Shown: positions 12,266-21,122 of the stretch, in pieces
Layout: every line of letters starts with the position of its first letter
Position numbering within the stretch: position 1 is the first letter of the stretch
NCBI GenBank assembly: GCA_036268195.1
Contig: DATAUP010000056.1
Location: 2,192-66,191 of the forward strand
Direction: 5' to 3'
Source: Solirubrobacteraceae bacterium
GTDB lineage: Bacteria > Actinomycetota > Thermoleophilia > Solirubrobacterales > Solirubrobacteraceae
Length of the DNA: 64,000 nt
The notes under the pieces: model-generated
What the model saw: only the letters and a program-made list of their open reading frames with translations
The model's database searches: none
What the model was told of the DNA's origin: nothing
Position numbers and translations under genes: made by a program

Positions 12266-12928
12266 ATGCCCGAGACGAAACACGCACAGACTAGGTCGCA
12301 GCCTCGCAGGCGTGGCGGCGAAGGCACCGAGCGCCTAACCACGCAGCAGATGTTCAGAAACCGGCTGATCGAGTCGCGACTCACGCCGAATGCGATCTCG
12401 CTCACCGGATTCACGCTCAACCTCGCGGCTGCAGGGCTGGTCGTGGGACGGCTGTTCTTCCTCGCCGGGATCGCGTTCATCGTAGGCTCGATCATGGACA
12501 CGCTCGACGGGCGTTACAGCCGCATGTCGGGCAAGGGCACGCAGTTCGGAGCCTTCCTCGACTCGACACTCGACCGGCTCGAGGAAGGGATCGTGCTGAC
12601 GGCCGTTGGGGCGTACTTCGCCTCCCGCGACGACCAGGCCGCGGTGGCGGCGGTGGTAGCCGGGGTGCTGTTCTCGCTGATGGTCTCCTACACGCGAGCC
12701 CGCGCCGAGGCGCTCGGGGTCCAGTGCAAGGTCGGACTCGCGACACGGCCGGTGCGAGTGGTGATCCTTTCGATCGGGTTGGTGTTCGCGCGTGGCGCGT
12801 CACTTGGGCACTTCGAGCTGCTCGCGCCAGCCGTCTACGTACTCGCAGGCTTGACGCTGATCACCACGATTCAGCGCATCGCCCACGTGCGCCGGGAGCT
12901 GACCGGGGCGGCCGGCGGCTCGCGTTAG
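12266..12928 (+). CDS. pgsA: CDP-alcohol phosphatidyltransferase (probable phosphatidylinositol-phosphate synthase)
   Basis: TPNAIS, DTLDGRYSR...GAFLDSTLDR, VSYTRARAEALG; close to ino1. Confidence 0.85.
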   Translation: MPETKHAQTRSQPRRRGGEGTERLTTQQMFRNRLIESRLTPNAISLTGFTLNLAAAGLVVGRLFFLAGIAFIVGSIMDTLDGRYSRMSGKGTQFGAFLDSTLDRLEEGIVLTAVGAYFASRDDQAAVAAVVAGVLFSLMVSYTRARAEALGVQCKVGLATRPVRVVILSIGLVFARGASLGHFELLAPAVYVLAGLTLITTIQRIAHVRRELTGAAGGSR

Positions 12929-12938
12929 GCGGCTAGCT

Positions 12939-13514
12939 GTGGCGCCGGCGGGGCGCGGAGACTCACTCGGACGCGGCGCGCGAGACCGAATCCTCGCGGC
13001 AGCGGGCGAGCTATTCGCGCGCCAGGGCTTCAACGCGACCCGCATCAACGATCTGCACGTGGCTGCTCGGGTATCGAAGCGCACGCTGTATCAGCACTTC
13101 GACTCCAAGGGCGACCTGATCCTGGCGTACCTGGCCACGTACGGGCGCGCCGGCCCCACAGAGGCGGTGCTCACCCGTGAGGACCTGGCGCCGCGTACGC
13201 GGCTGCTCGAGATCTTCACCGCGCTGGCTGATCCTGAAAGCGTCGTGCCGGATCCGATCGTCGCCGCCGCCATCGAGTTTCCCGATCGGCAGCACCCGGT
13301 GCACAGGGCTGCCACGGACCAGGTCCAGCGGTTCACCGGCCGTCTCACCGGGCTGGCTCGAGCGGCGGGAGCGCGGAACCCGGAACGGACCGCGCGACGG
13401 CTGGCGACGCTCTACGACGGTGCCTGCTGCCGGCTGCTGCTCGAGGACGTCACCACGGTTGTGGAGGACGTATATGTGATGGCCGCCGCGATCTTGCGCG
13501 ACGCGATCGACTAG
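12939..13514 (+). CDS. TetR/AcrR-family transcriptional regulator
   Basis: RDRILAAAGELFARQG...VSKRTLYQHFDSKGDL HTH. Confidence 0.9.
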   Translation: MAPAGRGDSLGRGARDRILAAAGELFARQGFNATRINDLHVAARVSKRTLYQHFDSKGDLILAYLATYGRAGPTEAVLTREDLAPRTRLLEIFTALADPESVVPDPIVAAAIEFPDRQHPVHRAATDQVQRFTGRLTGLARAAGARNPERTARRLATLYDGACCRLLLEDVTTVVEDVYVMAAAILRDAID

Positions 13515-13714
13515 AGCGCCGTCTCATGGGGTCCCGTGGCCGGCCGATAGGCCCCGCTTCGCCGAAAACTACTTGGTTTACCTTTCACGCTCCATCGGTC
13601 ACCGGAGCGAGATCAGGGTACCGTTCGGTGTAACCGGGCGTCTCGCACGGCGTACTATCTGCACCCGCCGGTGCAACCGTGCCGGGGCAGAACTTCCAGA
13701 GGGGACATCGATCA

Positions 13715-14893
13715 GTGACCACCGAACCGGCCTCCACGAACGGCTCTTCCGTCAGCAGCGCGCGCTACCAGCACGACAAGGTCCGCGTCGCAATCATCGG
13801 CGTGGGCAACTGCGCCAGCTCGTTCGTCCAGGGCGTTGAGTACTACAAGAACGCCGATTCCAGCAAGCAGGTCCCGGGCCTTATGCACGTCGACCTCGGT
13901 GGCTACCACGTACGCGACATCGAGTTCTCGGCTGCCTTCGACATCGACGTCGAAAAGGTTGGCCAGGACCTCAGCGAGGCGATCTTCTCCGGCCAGAACA
14001 ACACGTTGAAGTTCGCTGACAACGTTCCGAACGCCGGTGTCCCGGTCCAGCGCGGTATGACGCACGACGGCCTCGGCAAGTACCTGAAGGAGAAGATCAC
14101 CAAGGCGCCCGGCCCGACCGCCGACATCGTCCAGATCCTCAAGGACTCCAAGACCGACGTCGTCGTGTCCTACCTGCCGGTCGGCTCCGAGCAGGCAACC
14201 AAGTGGTACGTCGAGCAGATCCTCGAGGCCGGCTGCGGCTTCGTGAACTGCATCCCGGTGTTCATCGCCGGCGAGGATTATTGGAACGACCGCTTCACCA
14301 AGGCGGGCCTACCGATCATCGGCGACGACATCAAGTCGCAGGTCGGCGCGACGATCGTGCACCGCACGCTCGCCCGCCTGTTCCACGACCGCGGCGTCAA
14401 GCTGCTGCGCACCAGCCAGCTCAACGTTGGCGGCAACATGGACTTCTACAACATGCTCGAGCGCGAGCGGCTGGAGTCGAAGAAGATCTCGAAGACGCAG
14501 GCAGTGACCTCGATCATGGGCCACGTGCTGCCTAAGGACGACGTCTACATCGGCCCGTCCGACTACGTGCCGTGGCTGACGGACCGCAAGTGGGCGCACA
14601 TCCGGCTTGAGGGCCAGGCCTTTGGTGACGTGCCGCTGCAGCTCGAGACCAAGCTCGAGGTCTGGGACTCGCCGAACTCGGCCGGGATCGTCACCGACGC
14701 GGTCCGCCTCTGCAAGCTCGCGCTGAACCACGGGATCGCCGGCCAGCTCGACGGTCCGAGCTCCTACCTGATGAAGTCGCCGAAGAACCAGCGCCCCGAC
14801 GACGAGGCCCGCGAGGACACAGAGGAGTTCATCGCCAAGTACTCGCGCGTGCAGGCTGCCACGCCCGACGCGTCGAAGGTCTCGGTCGCGTAG
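13715..14893 (+). CDS. ino1: myo-inositol-1-phosphate synthase
   Basis: [43 protein letters not shown]; SD GAGGGG upstream. Confidence 0.96.
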   Translation: MTTEPASTNGSSVSSARYQHDKVRVAIIGVGNCASSFVQGVEYYKNADSSKQVPGLMHVDLGGYHVRDIEFSAAFDIDVEKVGQDLSEAIFSGQNNTLKFADNVPNAGVPVQRGMTHDGLGKYLKEKITKAPGPTADIVQILKDSKTDVVVSYLPVGSEQATKWYVEQILEAGCGFVNCIPVFIAGEDYWNDRFTKAGLPIIGDDIKSQVGATIVHRTLARLFHDRGVKLLRTSQLNVGGNMDFYNMLERERLESKKISKTQAVTSIMGHVLPKDDVYIGPSDYVPWLTDRKWAHIRLEGQAFGDVPLQLETKLEVWDSPNSAGIVTDAVRLCKLALNHGIAGQLDGPSSYLMKSPKNQRPDDEAREDTEEFIAKYSRVQAATPDASKVSVA

Positions 14894-14964
14894 CGCGCCG
14901 AACTGAACCTCAGGCTGTGAACGAGGGGCGCTTCGTGACCGAGGCGCCCCTCTATGCTGCGACC

Positions 14965-16806
14965 ATGCTTCGCAGTCCGGCCGCCTGGCTGCTCTCGATG
15001 GTGGTCGGCATGGCCGCGCTTGCCCCGGCGGCTGCCGCTGCACCGCCAAATCCGGCGGTGCAACTCAGTGCGCTGTCATGCCGATCGTCCGGCAATTGCA
15101 GCGCCATCGGGAGCTATGACGACGCCCTCGGCGACGGCCAGGCCCTGCTGGTCACGGAAGCCCACGGCAAGTGGCAGCCGCCGGCCGAGGCGCAGGCGCC
15201 CGCCGGCGCCGCGACTGACCCCTTCAAAGCCGCCGACGGCGGCTCGCTGGTCGACATCTCGTGCCCTGCGGCAGGAGATTGCACCGCCGTCGGTCGCTAC
15301 ACGGACAGCGGCGGAACCGATCACGGCGTCCTGTTCACCGAGACACACGGACGCTGGTCCCGCGGGATCAAATTGCAGCTGCCGGCCAACGCGATCCGAC
15401 CGACAAAGCCCAAAGGTGGCGGCATCGTCGACGACCTGGGGCTCGCTGGTGTGTCGTGCGGCTCCGTTGGCAACTGCGTGGCCGTCGGCAACTACGAGAG
15501 CAATGCCGAGGTCTGGGAGGCCATGATCCTGACCGAGCGCAACGGCCACTGGGCGCGTGCGGCCGAGGCGCCGCTGCCGATGGGTGCGCCTGTGGCCGGC
15601 CAGGACGCGGTACTGCTGGCGATCACCTGCACGCCGGGCGGTCCCTGCACGGCCGCCGGGAAATACGTCGATCCGTCCGGCCATCAGCAGGGGCTGCTGG
15701 TCAGCGGCGGCAACGGCAGGTGGACGGTCGCGCCGGAGCCGGCGCCACCCGGCGACGCGAACGCCGATCCGAACATCGTGCCGTCGTCGGTCTCCTGCGC
15801 GGATACCGGCAACTGCGCCGCCGTCGGAACGTATGTCAATCCACTCGAGAACTCGCTCGGACTGATGTTCAGCGAATCCGGTGGAACCTGGGCCGGCGGC
15901 ACCGGTGCCTCGCTCCCCGCGAACGCCGCGCCGGCGGGGACGGTCGGAGACCAGACGGCCGTGCTCGCGTCGGTGGCCTGCCCGCAAGCGGGTTCCTGCA
16001 CTGCCGTCGGCTGGTACTTCGACAACGACGAGAACGGCCAGGGCCTGCTGGTCTCCCAGGCGAGCGGGAGCTGGCAGCCCGGTGTCGAGGTCACGCTTCC
16101 GGCCAACGCGGTTGTCGGCCTCGAGAAGCAGTCGGCCGGGCTCGACTGGGTCTCCTGCCCTAGTGTCGGGAACTGCCTGGCCACCGGCGTCTACACGGAT
16201 TCCGGTTACAACTCGCAGGGTTTGCTGCTGTCCGAGGCCGGCGGCGTGTGGCAGACGGCGCTCGAATCGCCGCTGCCGGCCAACGCCGGTGACATCCAGT
16301 ACGCGGCGACGAACCAGTCCGATTGCTCCGGCGTCGGCGACTGCACCGTCATCGGCGAGTACAACGACTCACGCGGCAACGTGCTCGGCTACACGATCAG
16401 GGAGGTCAAGGGCACCTGGGGATCAGCGGTCGAGCTCGCCCTGCCGGCAGCCAACCTCGCCGAGGTCAAGCTGTCACTGGGCGCGATCCTCGCCCCGTAT
16501 GGAAAGCCCGCGACGCTCGCACGCATCCGTTCAGCGCGCCACTTCGTCTTCACATACGCGGCAGTCGTGCCCGGAACCGCCTTGACGTCCTGGTACGCCA
16601 CGGAGAACGGCCAGAAGGTTCTGATCGCGAACGGACGCGTGCGCGTGAGCGGCGCCGGCAGCGACAAGCTGACGGTCCGTCTCACCGGCCCGGGCAGAAG
16701 GCTGCTGGCAGGTAGCAAGCGGCTCCGCGTCTCCGCCACCGCACAGTTCACGCCGCGTGGGAGCAAGCGGGCCCAGCGCGCAAGCACGAGCTTCACGCTG
16801 CACTGA
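14965..16806 (+). CDS. Secreted Cys-repeat (probable beta-propeller) protein with basic C-terminal domain
   Basis: Signal peptide; eight ~60-aa repeats of the form (V/I)SCxxxGxCxAVGxY...GLLxxExxGxW. Confidence 0.8.
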   Translation: MLRSPAAWLLSMVVGMAALAPAAAAAPPNPAVQLSALSCRSSGNCSAIGSYDDALGDGQALLVTEAHGKWQPPAEAQAPAGAATDPFKAADGGSLVDISCPAAGDCTAVGRYTDSGGTDHGVLFTETHGRWSRGIKLQLPANAIRPTKPKGGGIVDDLGLAGVSCGSVGNCVAVGNYESNAEVWEAMILTERNGHWARAAEAPLPMGAPVAGQDAVLLAITCTPGGPCTAAGKYVDPSGHQQGLLVSGGNGRWTVAPEPAPPGDANADPNIVPSSVSCADTGNCAAVGTYVNPLENSLGLMFSESGGTWAGGTGASLPANAAPAGTVGDQTAVLASVACPQAGSCTAVGWYFDNDENGQGLLVSQASGSWQPGVEVTLPANAVVGLEKQSAGLDWVSCPSVGNCLATGVYTDSGYNSQGLLLSEAGGVWQTALESPLPANAGDIQYAATNQSDCSGVGDCTVIGEYNDSRGNVLGYTIREVKGTWGSAVELALPAANLAEVKLSLGAILAPYGKPATLARIRSARHFVFTYAAVVPGTALTSWYATENGQKVLIANGRVRVSGAGSDKLTVRLTGPGRRLLAGSKRLRVSATAQFTPRGSKRAQRASTSFTLH

Positions 16807-16837
16807 TCGGCGCCCGCAGCTGCGTAGACTGCGCGAC

Positions 16838-18745
16838 GTGCCAGAAGAGCGCCTCGCGATCGCGCAGGTGAGCCCGTTCGCCTGGGAGACGAAGACCGAG
16901 GTCGGCGAGTACGTTGCGCGGCTCTCCGAGGAGCTGCACCGGCGCGGTCACCGCGTGTTGATCGTCGCACCCTCGCGTTCGGCCGAGCTCGTGCGGGAGA
17001 GCCGCAAGGCCTTGCGCGGCGATCCGGACGCGCTGATGGCGCGGGCGGACGCGGAGCCGCTCGTGCTGGGCGTCGGCGAAGTGCTGCCGTTCTCGCCAAC
17101 GCGGCGGCGGGCGGCATCGCTGCCGGTCGACATCGCACGGACGATCGAAGAAGCGCTGACGACCCTGCAGCTCGACATCGTGCATGTGCACGAACCGTTC
17201 GCGCCCAGCGCCTCGAGCGTCGCGCTGCGCACAGCCCGGGCGCTGAGCGTTGGCACCTTCCACAACCCGACCGAGCGTGTGCTCTCGACGCAGCTCGGAC
17301 GGCAGCTCTCACAGCTGCTGTTCAGCCGGCTCGACGCTCGTGTCACCTCCTACGAGGCGACCAGGGTGCTGATGGACCGGTTCTACCCCGCGGACTACCG
17401 CGTCATCGCACCCGCGGCCGAGCCGGTGTCGCGAACAGCAAGTCGCGACACCGGGGACACGCTGCGCCTCGTCTTCATCGCTGAGGAGGAGCGGGCCGCT
17501 CTCAGGACGTTCCTGCGAGCGCTGAGGCTGCTGCCGTCCGAGGCGCGGTGGCAGGCGACGATCTGGTCGTCGCGACCGCTTGCGGCCCCGGCGGCGCTCG
17601 GGCACCGGCTGGCGGAGCGGGTGCATTTCGTCGGCGCCGAGGCGATGCCCGTCGAGCAGGCCCTGGCCGACGCGGACGTGCTCGTACTCGGCTCCGACGG
17701 CGTGATGCCGGCTCCCGGTGTACTCGTCCGCGCGCTGGCCAGCGGGATCGTGCCGGTTGCGAGCAGCATCCCGGTCTACGCGGAGCTGCTCTCGGACGGC
17801 GCGCGGGGGCTTCAGTACGCGCCCGGCGACGCGCAGACCCTGGCCGCGAACCTGTTGGCGCTCGCCGCCGAGCCCGAGCTGCGCGCGAGCCTGCGGGTCG
17901 AGGCGGAGCCGCTGCGGGCGCAGCTCAGCTTCGGGCGCGCGGCCGATCAGCTCGAAGAGCTCTATGGCTCGCTGGTGGCGCGCCGCCACGACCGGCGACC
18001 AATCAACACAGGGGCGGCTCGCGTAGTGGCCGACCGACCGCTGATCGACGTCGATCTGCACATGCACACCGACCACTCGTATGACTGTGCGACCCCGGTC
18101 GAGGTGTTGCTCGCGGAGGCGCGGGCCAAGGGGCTGGGAGCAATCGCGGTGACCGAGCACAACGAGATCTCGGGCGCGCTCGAGGCTGCCGCCAAAGCGA
18201 AGGGCATCAAGGTGATCGTCGGCGAGGAGGTCAAGACCGCCTCGCAGGGTGAGGTGATCGGCCTGTTCATCAAGGAGAAGATCCCGCGGGGCCTGACCCT
18301 GCAGGAGACGATCGCCGAGATCAAGCGCCAGGGCGGACTGGTCTACGTGCCGCATCCGTTCGACCGGATGCACTCGGTGCCCGATTACAAGAACCTGCTG
18401 GACGTGATCGAGGACATCGACCTGATCGAGATCTTCAACCCACGCGTGGCGATCTCCGAGTTCAATGCAGAGGCGGTGCGGTTCGCCGCCAAGTACCGGA
18501 TGATCGCCGGCGCCGGCTCGGACGCACACGTCCCGCAGGGTCTTGGGTCGGTGCGGATCCGCATGCACGACTTCGATGGGCCTGATCAATTTCTCGAGTC
18601 GCTGCGCACTGCTGACATCGTCCGCAACCCGGCCAGCCTGCTCTACGTGCAGGCCCTCAAGTTCCTACAAACAAAGGCGATGCCGCCCGGCGCACGCGAG
18701 GCTGCGCGGGGGCGGAGGCTCCGCCGAGCGGCCCGCAAGTCCTGA
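16838..18745 (+). CDS. Fusion of PimA-like GT4 domain (degenerate) and PHP phosphoesterase domain
   Basis: N-term AQVSPFAW, VHVHEPFAPS, GTFH (PimA-like); C-term DLHMHTDHS, TEHN, GEEV, PHPF, GSDAH. Confidence 0.88.
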   Translation: MPEERLAIAQVSPFAWETKTEVGEYVARLSEELHRRGHRVLIVAPSRSAELVRESRKALRGDPDALMARADAEPLVLGVGEVLPFSPTRRRAASLPVDIARTIEEALTTLQLDIVHVHEPFAPSASSVALRTARALSVGTFHNPTERVLSTQLGRQLSQLLFSRLDARVTSYEATRVLMDRFYPADYRVIAPAAEPVSRTASRDTGDTLRLVFIAEEERAALRTFLRALRLLPSEARWQATIWSSRPLAAPAALGHRLAERVHFVGAEAMPVEQALADADVLVLGSDGVMPAPGVLVRALASGIVPVASSIPVYAELLSDGARGLQYAPGDAQTLAANLLALAAEPELRASLRVEAEPLRAQLSFGRAADQLEELYGSLVARRHDRRPINTGAARVVADRPLIDVDLHMHTDHSYDCATPVEVLLAEARAKGLGAIAVTEHNEISGALEAAAKAKGIKVIVGEEVKTASQGEVIGLFIKEKIPRGLTLQETIAEIKRQGGLVYVPHPFDRMHSVPDYKNLLDVIEDIDLIEIFNPRVAISEFNAEAVRFAAKYRMIAGAGSDAHVPQGLGSVRIRMHDFDGPDQFLESLRTADIVRNPASLLYVQALKFLQTKAMPPGAREAARGRRLRRAARKS

Positions 18746-18777
18746 TGCACGACCGCAAGTCCTGATGCACTCGCAAG
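18733..18777. repeat. Short tandem direct repeat (18 bp, period 20) spanning the stop codon
   Basis: CCGCAAGTCCTGATGCAC at 18733 and 18753, partial CGCAAG at 18772. Confidence 0.8.
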
Positions 18778-18809
18778 GACAAGCGGCCGGGGCGTCCAAT
18801 TCGGGAGCA

Positions 18810-19415
18810 ATGCCCGCTACCGATGACGAGATTCGCGAGAAATATCTCGAGCGGGCAATTCGCGAACTCAACAGCCTGGCGCGCGAGCTTCAGTCCTGTG
18901 AGCAGTGCCCACGCGGCCAGCTGATGCCGGTGCTCGGCTCCGGGCACCCGCAGGCCGACATCTTCATGGTGAAGTACACGGCGCGTCCCTCAGAGATCGA
19001 GGAGGGGGTCGCCTTCTACGGCCGGACCGGCAACGCGCTGATGAAGTCGCTCAAGCGATTGAACATCGATCCGCTCGCGGTGTACGGAACGCTGTGCGTG
19101 AAGTGCCCAGTGCTGGATCCGGTAATGGCCGACCCGGGTTGCGTTGCTCGAGTCGCCGAGGAGCTGACGATCGTCGCGCCCAAGATCATCGTCGTGATGG
19201 GGCACGAGGCACTTGGCGTCATAAACGACCTCGACATGCCGCTGCGTCGAGACCTGGTCGAAGAGCCTGGCATGGTCCAGCGGTTCACGCCGTCCTGTGA
19301 GGCGTTGTACGTACCCGACATCGACGAGTCGCTTGACGAGGAGTCCGCCAAGCGCGACTTCTGGTCCGCGTTTAAGGTGCTCGGCGAGTGGTGGTCGGAC
19401 CTTCCGCCTTATTGA
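18810..19415 (+). CDS. Uracil-DNA glycosylase family 4-like protein (divergent)
   Basis: CEQC...PVLGSGHPQADIFMV...EIEEGVAFYGRTG...CVKC...PKIIVVMG; Fe-S cysteines retained. Confidence 0.75.
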   Translation: MPATDDEIREKYLERAIRELNSLARELQSCEQCPRGQLMPVLGSGHPQADIFMVKYTARPSEIEEGVAFYGRTGNALMKSLKRLNIDPLAVYGTLCVKCPVLDPVMADPGCVARVAEELTIVAPKIIVVMGHEALGVINDLDMPLRRDLVEEPGMVQRFTPSCEALYVPDIDESLDEESAKRDFWSAFKVLGEWWSDLPPY

Positions 19416-19447
19416 CCTTCGGCGTTCCGGGTAGGACAGTCATCGGC

Positions 19448-20092
19448 ATGGATGAAATTCTGCCCGGCATCTGGCACTGGACCACCCCCAATCCCGGCAT
19501 CGGGGGGTTCCCGGTCTCCTCATATTGGATCGATGACGCGGGGGTTTTCATCGACCCACTCGTGCCGCCGGACGAGGGGATCGAGTGGTTCGCCTCGCGC
19601 CCGACGCCGCCGGTCGCCGTGGTGATGGCCAACCGCCACCACTACCGCGACAGCGAGGAGATCCATGAGCGCTTCGACTGCCCGATCCACGTGCCCGAAG
19701 CCGGACTGCACGATTTCACAGACGGCGAACCCGTGACGGGCTACGAGCCGGGTGCCCCGCTGCCAGGCGGGTTGGTTTCGTTCACGATCGGCTCGCTCTC
19801 ACCCGACGAGGACGGGTTGTTCCGGGAGTCGTCGTCTGCGATCTGGGTGGCCGACACGATCGTGCGCTCGCCGACCGATCAGGCCAGCCGGATCGGATGG
19901 GTACCAGACTCCCTGATGGGCGACCCGGAGCAGACCAAGCGCGGTCTGCTCGACGCGTTCAGCAATGTGCTGGAGCATTACCACTTCGAGCATCTGCTCC
20001 TGGCGCACGGGCTACCCCTGGTCGGTAACGGTCGCGCCGAACTCGAGGAGCTCGTGCGCGAAGGCGGGCGTACGGCCGAGGACGCGTTCTAG
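19448..20092 (+). CDS. Metallo-beta-lactamase-fold-like protein
   Basis: EILPGIWHW, VFIDP, NRHHYRD, ADTI, LLLAHG. Confidence 0.7.
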   Translation: MDEILPGIWHWTTPNPGIGGFPVSSYWIDDAGVFIDPLVPPDEGIEWFASRPTPPVAVVMANRHHYRDSEEIHERFDCPIHVPEAGLHDFTDGEPVTGYEPGAPLPGGLVSFTIGSLSPDEDGLFRESSSAIWVADTIVRSPTDQASRIGWVPDSLMGDPEQTKRGLLDAFSNVLEHYHFEHLLLAHGLPLVGNGRAELEELVREGGRTAEDAF

Positions 20093-20147
20093 ACGGCCGA
20101 GCTCAGCGCTTGCGAGCAGGGCGCGTGCGCGACGACGTTCGAACGGG

Positions 20148-21086
20148 TCAGATCGTCAGGACGATCTTGCCGAGCTTGCCGCCGGCGGCGAACTGGTCGT
20201 AGGCCCTGGCTGCTTCTTCGAGCGGATAGGTCTTTGCGAGTGGCACGCGCAATGCGCCGCTCACAAACAACGGCAGCACGTTGTGCTCGACCGCCCGCGC
20301 CGTCAGCGCCTTCTCCTCGAGTGAGCGGCCGCGCAGCGTCGAGCCGTGGATGCGGCCACGTCGAGCCATCAGCAGACCGAGGTTGAGCTCGGCTGCTGCG
20401 CCGGCCCCGGTTCCGATCAGGGAGATGCGGCCGCCGCTGTGCAGCGCACGGAGGTTGTCAGGCATGTTCGGGGCACCGACCAGCTCGAGGATCACGTCGT
20501 AGGGGCCCTCGTCGACGAAGTCATCGGGGCCGACGACGACAGCGCCCAGCGAAGCCACGCCCTGCCGGAGGTCTCCGTTGCGGACGGTCGCGGTTACGCG
20601 CGCGCCCGCGGCGCGACCAAGCTGCACCGCCGCGGTGCCGACCCCCCCGGCGGCGCCGTGCACCAGCAGCCGCTCACCGGAGCGCAGGCCGCACTGGGTG
20701 AAGAGCGCGTCGTGCGCAGTGGTGAAGACCTCGGGCAGACCGCCGGCTTCAGCCCAGTCGAGCTTCTCAGGCACCGGCATCAGCATGCGCTCGTTCAGCA
20801 CCGCGAACTCTGCCTGGGCGGCGCCGCCGATCAGGCTCATCACGCGGTCGCCGGCGCGGAAGCGGGTCGCGCCAGGCCCGTTGGCGGCGACCTCACCGGC
20901 AAGCTCCATGCCCGGCATGTCCGCCGGGAAGCCGGGCGGGGGCGGATAGTGGCCCTGGCGCTGGAGGATGTCGGCGCCGTTCAGCCCCGCCGCGCGGACC
21001 TTGACGAGCACCTCCTGACCACCCGCCTCGGGGTCCGGACGTTCCTCGATGACGATCTCGCCGTCTCTGATGATGACTGCGCGCAT
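20148..21086 (-). CDS. NAD(P)H-quinone oxidoreductase (zeta-crystallin/PIG3-like MDR)
   Basis: GLNGAD, PGMELAG, LVHGAAGGVG, GKIVL. Confidence 0.92.
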   Translation of the reverse strand: MRAVIIRDGEIVIEERPDPEAGGQEVLVKVRAAGLNGADILQRQGHYPPPPGFPADMPGMELAGEVAANGPGATRFRAGDRVMSLIGGAAQAEFAVLNERMLMPVPEKLDWAEAGGLPEVFTTAHDALFTQCGLRSGERLLVHGAAGGVGTAAVQLGRAAGARVTATVRNGDLRQGVASLGAVVVGPDDFVDEGPYDVILELVGAPNMPDNLRALHSGGRISLIGTGAGAAAELNLGLLMARRGRIHGSTLRGRSLEEKALTARAVEHNVLPLFVSGALRVPLAKTYPLEEAARAYDQFAAGGKLGKIVLTI

Positions 21087-21122
21087 GGCTGCAGTTAACC
21101 GCTACCCGGTGCGGCTAGGCGC

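Noticed and set aside
18733-18777. Possible mini-CRISPR
   Set aside because: Only two 18-bp copies with 2-bp spacing; no spacers or cas genes.
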